Shown in pieces: positions 27,731 through 37,355 of a stretch of DNA of 64,000 bases. Where the stretch lies: contig OY969416.1 in the NCBI GenBank assembly GCA_963699145.1, forward strand, positions 5,150,456-5,214,455. Direction: 5' to 3'. The notes below the pieces were generated by a model. That model had not been told where the DNA came from and ran no database searches. It saw only the letters and a list, made by a program, of their open reading frames with translations. This DNA is from an uncultured Verrucomicrobiae bacterium. GTDB taxonomy: Bacteria > Verrucomicrobiota > Verrucomicrobiia > Limisphaerales > DASXHY01. The translations under genes and the position numbers were made by a program. Each line of letters opens with the position of its first letter. Within the stretch, counting starts at the first letter, position 1.

Positions 27731-27763
27731 AAATCGTAAATCCTAAATCGTAAATCGTAAATG
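27731..27763. repeat. TACGATTT-family repeat filling the rpsM-rpsK spacer
   Basis: aaatcgtaaatcctaaatcgtaaatcgtaaatg. Confidence 0.7.
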
Positions 27764-28159
27764 TTAGTGAATACCGGCCTTCGCGCCCGGATTGCGGGTC
27801 ACACCGACCGTCTTGCGCGGACCTTTGCGCGTGCGGGAATTGGTTTGCGTGCGTTGACCGCGCACCGGCAGGCCGCGCATGTGGCGGATGCCACGATAGC
27901 ACTTGATGCCCTGCAGGCGCTTGAGGTTCATGCCGATTTCGCGGCGCAGATCACCTTCAATGACATACTTGCCGTCCTGGATCGCGTGAACGATCTGCGA
28001 AAGCTGCGCTTCGCTCAGGTCCTTCGCGCGAATCTTCGGGTCGATGTTGGCCTTCGCCAAAATCTCCACCGCGTTCGCCGGGCCGATGCCATAAATATAC
28101 CGCAGCGCGATATCAATGCGCTTATTCGGCGGAACTTCTACACCAATAATACGTGCCAT
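27764..28159 (-). CDS. rpsM: 30S ribosomal protein S13
   Basis: [30 protein letters not shown]... Confidence 0.95.
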   Translation of the reverse strand: MARIIGVEVPPNKRIDIALRYIYGIGPANAVEILAKANIDPKIRAKDLSEAQLSQIVHAIQDGKYVIEGDLRREIGMNLKRLQGIKCYRGIRHMRGLPVRGQRTQTNSRTRKGPRKTVGVTRNPGAKAGIH

Positions 28160-28166
28160 AAATTAA

Positions 28167-28280
28167 TTATCCTTGCCGCTGCTTGTGGCGTTTGTTGCTG
28201 CAAATGACCCGAATGACGCCCTTGCGCCGGACGATTTTGCAATTTTCGCAAAGCTTTTTGACTGATGCGCGAACTTTCAT
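28167..28280 (-). CDS. rpmJ: 50S ribosomal protein L36 (not in the ORF track; 37 aa)
   Basis: My own minus-strand translation is [37 protein letters not shown], then TAA. It lies between rpsM and infA as expected. Confidence 0.88.
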   Translation of the reverse strand: MKVRASVKKLCENCKIVRRKGVIRVICSNKRHKQRQG

Positions 28281-28367
28281 TGTTAGTTAAATCGTTAAAT
28301 CAATTAAACAAGTTAAATGAGCAATTGGGGCCGGCGCCTTCGCCTTCTTGACCATTTAACCAATCAC

Positions 28368-28589
28368 TTATTTAACCGGCTCTTCCACCACTATCCGCCC
28401 TTCCGCCAAATCGTAAGGCGACATCTGCAATTTGACCCGGTCTCCGACCCCGGCCGCGAAGCTCAACTTCGCTCTGCCCGTCGCGTAGGCCAGGACTTTG
28501 TGGCCATTCGACAATTCCACCCGATACAATCGGTTGGGCAATGTCTCGACCACTACACCTTCAACTTTGAAGGCACTTTCTCCGGCCAT
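28368..28589 (-). CDS. infA: translation initiation factor IF-1
   Basis: FKVEGVVVETLPNRLYRVELSNGHKVLAYATGR...SPYDLAEGRIV. Confidence 0.9.
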   Translation of the reverse strand: MAGESAFKVEGVVVETLPNRLYRVELSNGHKVLAYATGRAKLSFAAGVGDRVKLQMSPYDLAEGRIVVEEPVK

Positions 28590-29335
28590 GTCAAAATCTC
28601 CGGTTCACCGTCAGTCACCAGCACCGTATGCTCAAAATGGGCAGATAATGAACCATCTTGCGTGACCACTGTCCAGTCATCATTCAAGATTTTTACGTTC
28701 GGCCGGCCGGCATTGACCATCGGCTCAATCGCCAACGTCATGCCTGCTTCCAGCTTCGTGTTGCTGCGAGGATCCACGAAATTCGGGATCTGCGGCTCTT
28801 CATGCATCGATTTCCCGACGCCATGCCCCACAAACTCGCGCACCACACTAAAACCATTGCTTTCCACGTAGTTCTGGACCACCCGTGAAATGTCCGTAAC
28901 CCGATTTCCCGGAACAGCTTGCGCAATACCTTCGTAAAGCGCCTTTTCCGTCACGTCCATCAGCTTCTGCGCCAGCACTCCGCAACCGCCCACGGCCACC
29001 GTTTTGGCCGTATCCCCAATAAATCCATTGTAAACCACGCCCACGTCCAAGCTTACAATATCACCGAACTTCAGCACCCGCGGCCCGGCCAGCCCGTGAA
29101 CAACCTGTTCGTTCACCGAGATGCACGCCTGGCACGGATACTTCCGATAACCAAGAAACGCGCTTCGGGCACCGTAACTCTTGATCCGCTGTTCGGCGTA
29201 ATCATCCACCTGCTTCGTCGTCAGGCCCGGCTTGATAAATGCCGCCAAGTCATTCAGCACCGCACCGGCAATCGCACACGCCGGCCGCATCAATTCCAAA
29301 TCCTGCTCCCCTTTTAAAATGACTCTCTTTTTCAC
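28553..29335 (-). CDS. map: type I methionine aminopeptidase
   Basis: 260 aa with VVHGLAG, DVGVVYNGFIGD, VGHGVGKSMHEEP and EHTVLVT. The 3' end overlaps the infA start by 37 nt. Confidence 0.9.
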   Translation of the reverse strand: MKKRVILKGEQDLELMRPACAIAGAVLNDLAAFIKPGLTTKQVDDYAEQRIKSYGARSAFLGYRKYPCQACISVNEQVVHGLAGPRVLKFGDIVSLDVGVVYNGFIGDTAKTVAVGGCGVLAQKLMDVTEKALYEGIAQAVPGNRVTDISRVVQNYVESNGFSVVREFVGHGVGKSMHEEPQIPNFVDPRSNTKLEAGMTLAIEPMVNAGRPNVKILNDDWTVVTQDGSLSAHFEHTVLVTDGEPEILTWPEKVPSKLKV

Positions 29336-29397
29336 TTTAAATCTTAACCCCGAAACGGCGCCGATGCATGGCCTCCTTCAGGCTAAGAGCAGGAATT

Positions 29398-30780
29398 CTA
29401 GAACCGGCCCTTCAGTCGGCCTTTCTTCAAAAATCCATCATAGTGGCGCATCAACAGATGTGCTTCCATTTGGCGCATGGTATCCAGCATCACGCCGACT
29501 GCGATCAGCATGCTCGTGCCGCCAAAGAACTGCGACACCGTCCACGGAATGTGCATCAGGCGGCCCAGAATAATCGGGATCACCGAAATGATGACCAGGA
29601 AGATCGCGCCCGCGAGCGTGATGCGGCTCATCGTGTTATGCAGGTAATCGCTGGTCGCCTGCCCCGGACGCACGCCCGGAATGTAACCACCGTTTTTCTT
29701 CAAATCATCGGCGATCTGCAATTCATTGAACTGCGTGGCCACCCAGAAATACGAGAAGAACAGGATCAAAATCGAATACAGCGCAATGTAAAGGCCTGCG
29801 CCTTCGTTCAGATAAGTCGCGATATCCGTGAAAAATTTGATGTTCAGCCCTCTGCCGATGAACATCGCCGCCTTCTGCGGGAACAACAAAATCGATTGCG
29901 CAAAGATGACCGGCATGACGCCCGCGTAATTCACCCGCAACGGCATGTAATTCGTGCCGCCGGCAAACACCTTGCGCCCTACCGCCCGCTGCGCGTAGGT
30001 GACCGGAATCTTCCGTTGCGCCTGCGTGACGGCGACGATACCCGCGATGACACCCGCCAGCAACAGCAACAAGGCAATCGCATGGCCGATGTTCGCCTTG
30101 GATTCGGCGTCTGCGCCCGAGAACATGTCCTTGACGCCATACACGGCGTTCGGCAAGCGCGACAAAATGTTGATCGTAATGATCAGCGAAACACCGTTGC
30201 CAATCCCGCGATCGGTGATTTGTTCACCCAACCACATCAGCAGCATCGTGCCGGTCGTCAACACAATCGTCGTCTGGATGCGATACCACCAGATCCAGCT
30301 ATCCGGATACAAAATCAACCGGCTGATCGGCACCTGCAGCACCGCTTCCGGATGCTCATAGCCGATGGCCGTGAACAAGCCTTGCCCCAAGCACAGCAAC
30401 ACCGTCAAATACCGCCCGTATTGAACGATCTTCGCGCGGCCGCCTTCTTCGCGGGCCATCTTGCTCAATTGCGGCACCACCGCGGTGAGCAATTGAATGA
30501 TAATCGTGGCGCTGATGTACGGGATGATCGTCAACGCACCGATGGCGCAATTCTGGATGGCGCCGCCCGAAAACGCTCCAAGCAGGCCGAGCACGCCGCC
30601 GCTTCCGTTTCTCGAAGCCTTGTCAAAGGCATCGTTCAAAGCCGAAGCATCCAATCCGGGGATGTGGATGTAAGCGGTGAGCCGGCAAACTGCGAGCACA
30701 ACAACCGTAAAAATAATCCGGGATTTCAACTCCGGGATTTTGAAGCAGTTGCTGAAAGTGTTAACGATGTTGCGAAACAT
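29398..30780 (-). CDS. secY: preprotein translocase subunit SecY
   Basis: 460 aa and polytopic, with ALGIMPYISA-like GALTIIPYISATIIIQLL and WLGEQITDRGIGNGVSLII. Confidence 0.95.
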   Translation of the reverse strand: MFRNIVNTFSNCFKIPELKSRIIFTVVVLAVCRLTAYIHIPGLDASALNDAFDKASRNGSGGVLGLLGAFSGGAIQNCAIGALTIIPYISATIIIQLLTAVVPQLSKMAREEGGRAKIVQYGRYLTVLLCLGQGLFTAIGYEHPEAVLQVPISRLILYPDSWIWWYRIQTTIVLTTGTMLLMWLGEQITDRGIGNGVSLIITINILSRLPNAVYGVKDMFSGADAESKANIGHAIALLLLLAGVIAGIVAVTQAQRKIPVTYAQRAVGRKVFAGGTNYMPLRVNYAGVMPVIFAQSILLFPQKAAMFIGRGLNIKFFTDIATYLNEGAGLYIALYSILILFFSYFWVATQFNELQIADDLKKNGGYIPGVRPGQATSDYLHNTMSRITLAGAIFLVIISVIPIILGRLMHIPWTVSQFFGGTSMLIAVGVMLDTMRQMEAHLLMRHYDGFLKKGRLKGRF

Positions 30781-30788
30781 GGCGCGAC

Positions 30789-31262
30789 TTAAGCCTTCGC
30801 AGGTTCAGCCTTTTTAACTGAGATCACTTCGCAAGTCCCGCCCTTGGCCTCGATCTTCGCCTTGGCTGAGGCGCTGAAAGCATGCGCGCTGACGGAAAGC
30901 TTCTTGGTCACATCACCACCACCGAGGATCTTGATGCCCGCGCCTTTGCCGTTGGCCAGGCCAACGCTGCGCAGCGCCTCGAAATCCACGCGCGCGCCGT
31001 CTTCAAAAACATTCAGCGATTCCAGGTTCACCGGGATGTAAACCGTGGCATGACGGGCATTGTTGAAACCGCGCTTCGGGATGCGGCGAATCAGCGGCAT
31101 CTGGCCGCCTTCGAAACCGATGCGGATCGAGCTGCCGGAGCGGGCCGTCTGGCCCTTGCCACCGCGCCCGGACGTTTTGCCGTGACCGCTGGATTCACCC
31201 TGGCCGAGCCGCTTGCGGCGGTGCTTCGCGCCCGGACGAGGTTTTAAATCATGTAAACGCAT
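30789..31262 (-). CDS. rplO: 50S ribosomal protein L15
   Basis: MRLHDLKPRPGAKHRRKRLGQGESSGHGKTSGRGGKGQ. Confidence 0.92.
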   Translation of the reverse strand: MRLHDLKPRPGAKHRRKRLGQGESSGHGKTSGRGGKGQTARSGSSIRIGFEGGQMPLIRRIPKRGFNNARHATVYIPVNLESLNVFEDGARVDFEALRSVGLANGKGAGIKILGGGDVTKKLSVSAHAFSASAKAKIEAKGGTCEVISVKKAEPAKA

Positions 31263-31363
31263 ATTCGTAATTCGTTAAATGAGTGATTGGTTAAATAAGG
31301 ATTTTGTTCAATTTTTTACCTATTTAACTGCTTTAACCAGTTACCAATCACCTTTCATCATCA

Positions 31364-32068
31364 TCAGGCTGCCGGCGCCTTCGGGGCATCGACCTTCTTG
31401 ATGTCGATTCCGCGGCTCTTATAGATGTCTTCGCGCAAGCGCAGGCTCAACAACGCGTGCAGCGTCGCTTTCACCACGTTCGCTGCGTTCTTGGAACCGA
31501 GCGATTTGGTGAGAATGTCTTTCACACCGGCGGATTCCAGCACCGAGCGGACGGTTTTGCCGGCGATAATCCCGGTTCCGGGAGACGCCGGGCGCAGCAA
31601 CACCCTCGCGCCGCCGTAATGATAGAAAACTTCGTGCGGAATCGTCGCACCCTTCAGGGACACGCCGACCATGTTGCCGCGGGCAGCTTCGCCGCCTTTG
31701 CGAATCGCATCCGCAACTTCGCCAGCTTTGCCCAGACCCACGCCCACGCGGCCCTTTTTGTCCCCCACCACGACCAGCGCGCTGAAATTGAAACGGCGTC
31801 CGCCTTTCACGACCTTCGCGGAACGGTTGATGAACACGACCTTCTCAACCAGCTCTTCACCGCTCTGCGCGTCGTAATTCACTTCCGGTTCCGGCCGGCG
31901 ACGACCGCGTGGACCACCACCGCCACCACCGCGTCCGCCACGATCGTTGCGCTGTTGCTGCTGCGGTGCCTGTTGTTGCTGTTGCGGCGCCTGCTGTTGC
32001 TCGGGAGCGCGCTCAGGTGCCGGTTGCCCTTCAGCGCCGCCTGCTAAATTATTATTTTCGTCAGCCAC
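31364..32068 (-). CDS. rpsE: 30S ribosomal protein S5 with Gln-rich / Arg-Gly-rich N-terminal extension
   Basis: The core is [39 protein letters not shown]. The N-terminal extension contains [35 protein letters not shown]. Confidence 0.9.
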   Translation of the reverse strand: MADENNNLAGGAEGQPAPERAPEQQQAPQQQQQAPQQQQRNDRGGRGGGGGGPRGRRRPEPEVNYDAQSGEELVEKVVFINRSAKVVKGGRRFNFSALVVVGDKKGRVGVGLGKAGEVADAIRKGGEAARGNMVGVSLKGATIPHEVFYHYGGARVLLRPASPGTGIIAGKTVRSVLESAGVKDILTKSLGSKNAANVVKATLHALLSLRLREDIYKSRGIDIKKVDAPKAPAA

Positions 32069-32089
32069 AATATTCTCTCTTCTTCGTTG

Positions 32090-32449
32090 TTAAAATTGCA
32101 AACCGGCTTCCCGGGCGGCATCGGCCAAAGCTTTGACCTTGCCGTGAAAACGCGCACCGCCGCGGTCAAACACCACGGCCTTGATACCCTTGTCCAAAGC
32201 GGTCTTGGCGGCGAGAGTGCCGATGGTCTTCGCGCTGGCCACGTTCGCACCGAGTTTTTCCCGATCCGGCGTCGCCTTGCTCAGGGTCGATGTCGCCGCG
32301 AGCGTCTTGCCGGCCGCGTCATCGATGAATTGGACGTGAATATTCTCGTTCGAGAAATAAACACTCATGCGCGGACGTTCTTTGGTGCCGCTGACTTTTT
32401 TGCGCACGCGCCAGTGGCGCAGTTGCGCGAGTTGTCGTTTCGATTTCAT
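32090..32449 (-). CDS. rplR: 50S ribosomal protein L18
   Basis: The ATG at 32449 gives MKSKRQLAQLRHWRVRKKVSGT. The track start at 32482 is a TTG extension. Confidence 0.9.
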   Translation of the reverse strand: MKSKRQLAQLRHWRVRKKVSGTKERPRMSVYFSNENIHVQFIDDAAGKTLAATSTLSKATPDREKLGANVASAKTIGTLAAKTALDKGIKAVVFDRGGARFHGKVKALADAAREAGLQF

Positions 32450-32491
32450 TCTTTTGGTTCCCACGGATTTGGCCGTGGGCAAATTTAATTG

Positions 32492-33028
32492 TTACTGAAC
32501 TGTCTTGCCTTCCTTGCGTTGGACATGTTCGCCCACATAACGCACGCCTTTGCCTTTGTAAGGTTCCGGCGGATAGAACGAGCGCAACTCGGCGGCCACC
32601 AGGCCGACAACCTGTTTGTCCGGCCCTTCAATCGTGAGCTTCGTGTTTTCTTCCACGGTCACCTTGATCTGGTCCGGTATGGGATAATTGATCGGGTGCG
32701 AATAGCCCAACGTCATGTTCACGGTTTTGCCCTGGACGGCGGCCTTGAAGCCGACACCCTGGATCTCGAGCTTTTTCACGAAACCTTCGCTCACGCCCTT
32801 GACCATGTTGTTGACCAGCGCCCGGCTCAGGCCGTGCAACGCCCGCGCCTGCGCATCATCGCCCTGGCGGCTGACGAGCACATTCCCGCCCTCCACTTTC
32901 AAGCTGGTGTGGCGCGGCAGGTCGAATTGCAGCTTGCCCTTCGGGCCTTCCACGGAAACTTTCTGGCCTTTGACTTCCACCTTGACCTTCGGCGGAATGG
33001 CTATCGGTTGTTTTCCAATTCGCGACAT
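32492..33028 (-). CDS. rplF: 50S ribosomal protein L6
   Basis: The ATG at 33028 gives MSRIGKQPIAIPPKVKVEVKGQKVSVEGPKG. Confidence 0.92.
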   Translation of the reverse strand: MSRIGKQPIAIPPKVKVEVKGQKVSVEGPKGKLQFDLPRHTSLKVEGGNVLVSRQGDDAQARALHGLSRALVNNMVKGVSEGFVKKLEIQGVGFKAAVQGKTVNMTLGYSHPINYPIPDQIKVTVEENTKLTIEGPDKQVVGLVAAELRSFYPPEPYKGKGVRYVGEHVQRKEGKTVQ

Positions 33029-33038
33029 AACAAATTCC

Positions 33039-33425
33039 TTACCAGATATAGCAGAGCAATTCTCCGCCAAGATTTTTCTTCCGGGCCGCATTGCCCGTCA
33101 TTACGCCTTCCGGCGTCGAAACTACTGACACACCCAGGCCGCCGCGCACGCGCGGAATATCCGTCGAGCCGACATAATGGCGCAACCCCGGCCGGCTGAT
33201 GCGTTTGATGCCTTCGATCACGCTCTTCTTGCCTTGGTACTTGAGCTGAAGCTTGATCGTTTTGAACGGCTTGCCCGCCACGGTGATCTCCGCGACATAG
33301 CCTTCCTTCTTCAGGATGTGCGCGATGCTCTCCTTCATTTTGGAGTGCGGAATTTCCACGGCCGGCAACAACGCGCGCTGCGCATTGCGGATCCGGGTCA
33401 ACATGTCAGAAATCGGGTCTATCAT
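33039..33425 (-). CDS. rpsH: 30S ribosomal protein S8
   Basis: MIDPISDMLTRIRNAQRA... Confidence 0.93.
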   Translation of the reverse strand: MIDPISDMLTRIRNAQRALLPAVEIPHSKMKESIAHILKKEGYVAEITVAGKPFKTIKLQLKYQGKKSVIEGIKRISRPGLRHYVGSTDIPRVRGGLGVSVVSTPEGVMTGNAARKKNLGGELLCYIW

Positions 33426-33429
33426 AAAA

Positions 33430-33699
33430 TTACCAGCTTGCCTTCGTCACACCGGGGATCAATCCGTTCAACGCGCCTTCGCGGAACGTCAACCGCGAGC
33501 AGCCGAACTTGCGCCAATAACCACGACGGCGGCCGCTGAACGAGCAGCGATTGACCACGCGGGTTGGGCTCGCGTCACGCGGCAACTGCGCTAGGCCCGC
33601 GTAATCGCGTTTCGCTTTCAATTCGGCGCGGAGCGCGGCGTATTTCTTCACCGTCTCCTGCTTGCGCTTATTGCGTTCTTTCCATGCTTTCTTCGCCAT
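33430..33699 (-). CDS. rpsN: 30S ribosomal protein S14 (long form)
   Basis: 89 aa with [40 protein letters not shown]. Confidence 0.9.
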   Translation of the reverse strand: MAKKAWKERNKRKQETVKKYAALRAELKAKRDYAGLAQLPRDASPTRVVNRCSFSGRRRGYWRKFGCSRLTFREGALNGLIPGVTKASW

Positions 33700-33720
33700 A
33701 AATCTTTTTCGTTCTCGTCG

Positions 33721-33768
33721 TCGTCCTCGGCTGCTCGTCCTCGATTACGAGGAAGAGGACGAGGACGA
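33721..33768. repeat. CGAGGACGA word-repeat hairpin in the rpsN-rplE spacer
   Basis: tcgtcctcggctgctcgtcctcg-atta-cgaggaagaggacgaggacga. The outer 9-bp stem is tcgtcctcg/cgaggacga. Confidence 0.55.
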
Positions 33769-33772
33769 AATC

Positions 33773-34360
33773 TTACTTCGTCGCTCCCGCGGCTTCCGCC
33801 GCGGCCTTCGGAGCTTCCTTCGCTTCCGCGAGCGGGAACCCCATCAGTTTCAACAAATCCAGCGCTTCCGCATCCGTCCGTGCGCTGGTCACAATCGTCA
33901 CATCCATGCCCTGCGTCCGCTTGATCTTGTCCAGCTCGATCTCCGGAAAAATCGTCTGGTCCGAAATGCCGAACGTATAGTTGCCGCGGCCGTCAAATTT
34001 GCGGGGCGACAATCCGCGGAAGTCGCGAATACGCGGCAGCGCCGCCGCGACCAGGCGGTCGAAAAACTCATACATCGCATCCGCGCGCAGCGTCACGCGG
34101 CAGCCAATCGGCTGGCCTTCGCGCAATTTGAAATTCGCGATGCTGTGCGTCGACTTGCTGATCGCCGGCTTGCGCCCGGTGATCTGCTGCAAATCCTTCG
34201 TCGCGTCATCGATCGCGCTCTTTTCCAGCGAGGCGCTGACACCCATGTTCACCACGATTTTCTCGAGCTTCGGAATCTGGTGGACGTTGGTGTACTTGTG
34301 CTTTTCCTTCAGCGCTGGCAGCACTTCTTTTGCGTATTTTTCGTAAAGTCTGGCTTTCAT
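33773..34360 (-). CDS. rplE: 50S ribosomal protein L5
   Basis: MKARLYEKYAKEVLPALKEKHKYTNVHQIPKLEKIVVNMGV. Confidence 0.95.
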   Translation of the reverse strand: MKARLYEKYAKEVLPALKEKHKYTNVHQIPKLEKIVVNMGVSASLEKSAIDDATKDLQQITGRKPAISKSTHSIANFKLREGQPIGCRVTLRADAMYEFFDRLVAAALPRIRDFRGLSPRKFDGRGNYTFGISDQTIFPEIELDKIKRTQGMDVTIVTSARTDAEALDLLKLMGFPLAEAKEAPKAAAEAAGATK

Positions 34361-34394
34361 TTTTGGTCATCACGGATTTTGCCGTGAACTAAAA

Positions 34395-34673
34395 TCATTC
34401 TTTCGTTTCCGCCGGCGTGTTGCCGCGTTTCGCCGCGCGGGCATCAAACACTTCGGCCTTCATTAAATTCGAAATATGAACGGTCCCTTCCCGCTCGACA
34501 ATGGCGCCCTGCGGATTGTTCTCGTTCTTACGCGTATGGCGCTTGATCATCTTCACGCCTTCCACAATCGCGCGGTTGCTCTTGGAGCTCACGGAAATAA
34601 TCTTGCCGCGTTTGCCGCGTTCGGCTCCCGCCAGCACCACTACCTCTTCGCCCTTTTTCAAATGCAATTTCAT
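34395..34673 (-). CDS. rplX: 50S ribosomal protein L24
   Basis: MKLHLKKGEEVVVLAGAERGKRGKIISV (KOW motif). Confidence 0.9.
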   Translation of the reverse strand: MKLHLKKGEEVVVLAGAERGKRGKIISVSSKSNRAIVEGVKMIKRHTRKNENNPQGAIVEREGTVHISNLMKAEVFDARAAKRGNTPAETKE

Positions 34674-34778
34674 TGTCTTAAATCGTTAAATCAGTAACTG
34701 GTTAAATCGGTTAAATGAGTCTTCGTATCGTTTCTTGCCTGTTTAACTTATTTAACCATTTAACTTGTTTAACCGTCT

Positions 34779-35144
34779 TCAAATCACTTCCGGCGCCAGC
34801 GAGATGATCTTCATGAACTTCTTGTCGCGCAATTCGCGGGCGACTGGTCCGAAGATGCGCGTCCCGCGCGGATTCTGTTCCTTGTCGATGATCACGCAGG
34901 CATTGCGGTCGAACCGCAGATACGAGCCGTCACTGCGGCGGATAATTTGCCGGGTGCGCACAATCACCGCGTCCACCACTTCGCCCTTTTTCACCGTGCC
35001 ATCCGGCGCGGCTTCTTTGATATGGGCCTTGATGACATCGCCGATGCCGGCATACCTCTGGTTCTTGCCGAGCACACCGATCGCCCAGGCGACTTTCGCG
35101 CCGGTATTATCCGCGACATCCAAATGAGAACGAACTTGCAACAT
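34779..35144 (-). CDS. rplN: 50S ribosomal protein L14
   Basis: [17 protein letters not shown]... Confidence 0.95.
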   Translation of the reverse strand: MLQVRSHLDVADNTGAKVAWAIGVLGKNQRYAGIGDVIKAHIKEAAPDGTVKKGEVVDAVIVRTRQIIRRSDGSYLRFDRNACVIIDKEQNPRGTRIFGPVARELRDKKFMKIISLAPEVI

Positions 35145-35154
35145 AAATGTATCC

Positions 35155-35403
35155 TTAAACAGCCACCGGCGTCACGCCGCTGCTGCGTTCCAACACCTTC
35201 GTCAACCGCCAGCGCTTCAATTTCGAAACCGGGCGCGTTTCTTCAATCAGCACGACATCGCCGATTTTCGCCTCGGCCTTTTCGTCATGCGCGTAAAACT
35301 TGCTGTAGCCGGTCACGACTTTCTTGAACTTCGGGTGCGGGAACCGGCGTTCCACCTGCACCACGATGGTCTTGGTCATCTTGTTGGAGATGACTTTGCC
35401 CAA
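35155..35403 (-). CDS. rpsQ: 30S ribosomal protein S17 (true N-terminus probably further upstream; see finding)
   Basis: [28 protein letters not shown]. The in-frame sequence upstream, NAASRGTRKER, looks like genuine S17 N-terminus but has no canonical in-frame start. Confidence 0.8.
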   Translation of the reverse strand: MGKVISNKMTKTIVVQVERRFPHPKFKKVVTGYSKFYAHDEKAEAKIGDVVLIEETRPVSKLKRWRLTKVLERSSGVTPVAV

Positions 35404-35553
35404 CCGTTCTTTACGAGTGCCGCGCGAAGCGGCGTTTCTAATTTTCGTTTCTTAGCCATGGTCTTAAAATGAAATAGTGATTGTTAAATCAGTTAAATAA
35501 GTCTGTCATCCGGCCATCTTAACCTATTTAACTCGTTTAACTCATTACAATCC

Positions 35554-35757
35554 TCATGCCGCTTTGTTGCGCAACTGTGAAATGCGGGTTTCGACACGCG
35601 CAATGTCCTTGCGCAGCGCACGCAGACGCGCCGGCTTTTCGAGCTGCGAGCTCGCCTGCTGCAAACGCAGGTTGAACATCTCCTGGCGCAGGTCGCGGCC
35701 CATCACCGTGAGCTCCACCAGCGTCGCGTCTTTGAGTTTCGGATCGGACATCTTCAT
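35554..35757 (-). CDS. rpmC: 50S ribosomal protein L29
   Basis: 67 aa, helical, with ELTVMGRDLRQEMFNLRLQQASSQLEKPARLRALRKDIARVETR. Confidence 0.88.
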   Translation of the reverse strand: MKMSDPKLKDATLVELTVMGRDLRQEMFNLRLQQASSQLEKPARLRALRKDIARVETRISQLRNKAA

Positions 35758-35768
35758 AAAATTATCTC

Positions 35769-36194
35769 TTAAGCCGCAGCCAAACGATGGCGCGAAATAA
35801 ACTTCGTCTTGATCGGCAGCTTCGTCGCCGCCAAACGCAGCGATTCACGCGCGATCGCCTCAGTCACACCATCCACCTCGAACAACACGTTCGCCGGACG
35901 GATGACCGCCACCCACGATTCCAGCGGACCTTTGCCCTTGCCCATTCGGGTTTCCAGCGGCTTCTTCGTAAAGGATTTCTGCGGGAAAATGCGGATCCAC
36001 ATTTTGCCGTGGCGCTTCATGTTACGGGCAATGGCCACGCGCGCAGCTTCAATCTGCTTCGTATCCAGCCAGCAACGCTCCGTCGCCATCAAACCATACT
36101 CGCCAAAGGCCACCGTGTTGCCGCGATACGCCAATCCGGCGCGATTGCCGCGGTGCATTTTGCGAAACTTAACTCTTGCGGGCTGTAATGGCAT
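35769..36194 (-). CDS. rplP: 50S ribosomal protein L16
   Basis: [35 protein letters not shown]. Confidence 0.95.
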   Translation of the reverse strand: MPLQPARVKFRKMHRGNRAGLAYRGNTVAFGEYGLMATERCWLDTKQIEAARVAIARNMKRHGKMWIRIFPQKSFTKKPLETRMGKGKGPLESWVAVIRPANVLFEVDGVTEAIARESLRLAATKLPIKTKFISRHRLAAA

Positions 36195-36315
36195 ACTTCG
36201 TAAAAATCGTTAAATTGTTAAATCAGTGATTTGTTAAATAAGTGATTTCTCTTTTTCGTTCGCGTTCGTTTTTGAACTTATTTAACTCATTTAACTCATC
36301 ACTAGTTACTATCTC

Positions 36316-37008
36316 TTACTTCACCGGCATCGCTTCGGCACCCTGGGGCACCGGCGCTGACTGCGGCTGTTCCGCCTTCTGCGGCTTGTTTTCACCTTTG
36401 CAAATCCAGCACTTGATGCCGAGCTTGCCGTAAACCGTGAGCGCTTCCGCGAAACCGTAATCGATGTTCGCGCGCAGCGTGTGCAACGGAACCCGGCCCC
36501 AATGATATTGTTCCACCCGCGCGAGCTCCGCGCCGCCCAAACGTCCGGCACAACGGATCTTGATGCCTTCCGCGCCAAAATCCTTCGCCGTCTGCAACGC
36601 CTTCTTCATCGCGCGTCTAAACGAAACGCGGCGTTCCAATTGGAGCGCCACATTTTCCGCCACGAGCTGCGCATCGATTTCCGGCTGCTTGATTTCAACG
36701 ATGTCGACGTAAATTTCCTTGCCGGTCATCTTGCTGAGCTCTTCCTTGATCTTGTCGATCTCCGCGCCTTTGCGGCCGATGACAACACCGGGACGAGCCG
36801 TATGAATCGTGATGCGGCAGCGGTTGGCGGCGCGCTCAATCTGGATTTTCGGCACAGACGCCGTCTCCAGCTTCTTCTTCAGCAATTCGCGAATCTGGCG
36901 GTCTTCCGTCAGCAACTTGCCGAATTCTTTTTTGCCGGCATACCACTTCGAGCGCCAGTCTTTGTTGACCGCGAGGCGCAGACCGATTGGATTAGTTTTT
37001 TGACCCAT
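36316..37008 (-). CDS. rpsC: 30S ribosomal protein S3
   Basis: [24 protein letters not shown]... Confidence 0.95.
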   Translation of the reverse strand: MGQKTNPIGLRLAVNKDWRSKWYAGKKEFGKLLTEDRQIRELLKKKLETASVPKIQIERAANRCRITIHTARPGVVIGRKGAEIDKIKEELSKMTGKEIYVDIVEIKQPEIDAQLVAENVALQLERRVSFRRAMKKALQTAKDFGAEGIKIRCAGRLGGAELARVEQYHWGRVPLHTLRANIDYGFAEALTVYGKLGIKCWICKGENKPQKAEQPQSAPVPQGAEAMPVK

Positions 37009-37012
37009 ACAA

Positions 37013-37351
37013 TTACTTACTCTCGTCCGTCAGAACAATTTTAACGTGGCAATTACGCTTCAAAATCGGGCCGGCCGAACCGCGCGCCTTGGGCGTGAAA
37101 CGCTTCAAAGTCGTCGCCGTCTGCGCCACCGCTTCCTTGATGATCAAGGTTTCGATATTGGCCTTGTTGTTGTTTTCCGCGTTAGCGATGGCCGACTTCA
37201 GCGTCTTGGCCACGACCCGCGCGCCCTTGCGAGGCACCACCGCGAGAATCGCCTGCGCCTGCACGGCCGGCAATCCCTGGATCTGGCGCACCACTTCGCG
37301 CATCTTCTGCGCCGACATGCGGACGTTTTTGGTAATGGCGTGAACTTGCAT
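37013..37351 (-). CDS. rplV: 50S ribosomal protein L22
   Basis: [22 protein letters not shown]... Confidence 0.9.
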   Translation of the reverse strand: MQVHAITKNVRMSAQKMREVVRQIQGLPAVQAQAILAVVPRKGARVVAKTLKSAIANAENNNKANIETLIIKEAVAQTATTLKRFTPKARGSAGPILKRNCHVKIVLTDESK

Positions 37352-37355
37352 ATAA

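Noticed and set aside
28553-28589. 37-nt overlap between the map 3' end and the infA 5' end as a possible annotation error or frameshift.
   Set aside because: Both reading frames are intact and both products are full length with conserved termini. An overlap of this size is plausible in a compact operon, so I do not treat it as an anomaly.
31263-31363. Missing rpmD (L30) between rpsE and rplO, and missing adk between secY and map, as possible deletions.
   Set aside because: Both genes are known to be absent from this position in many bacterial lineages. The spacer contains only a word-repeat hairpin and no gene remnant in any frame.
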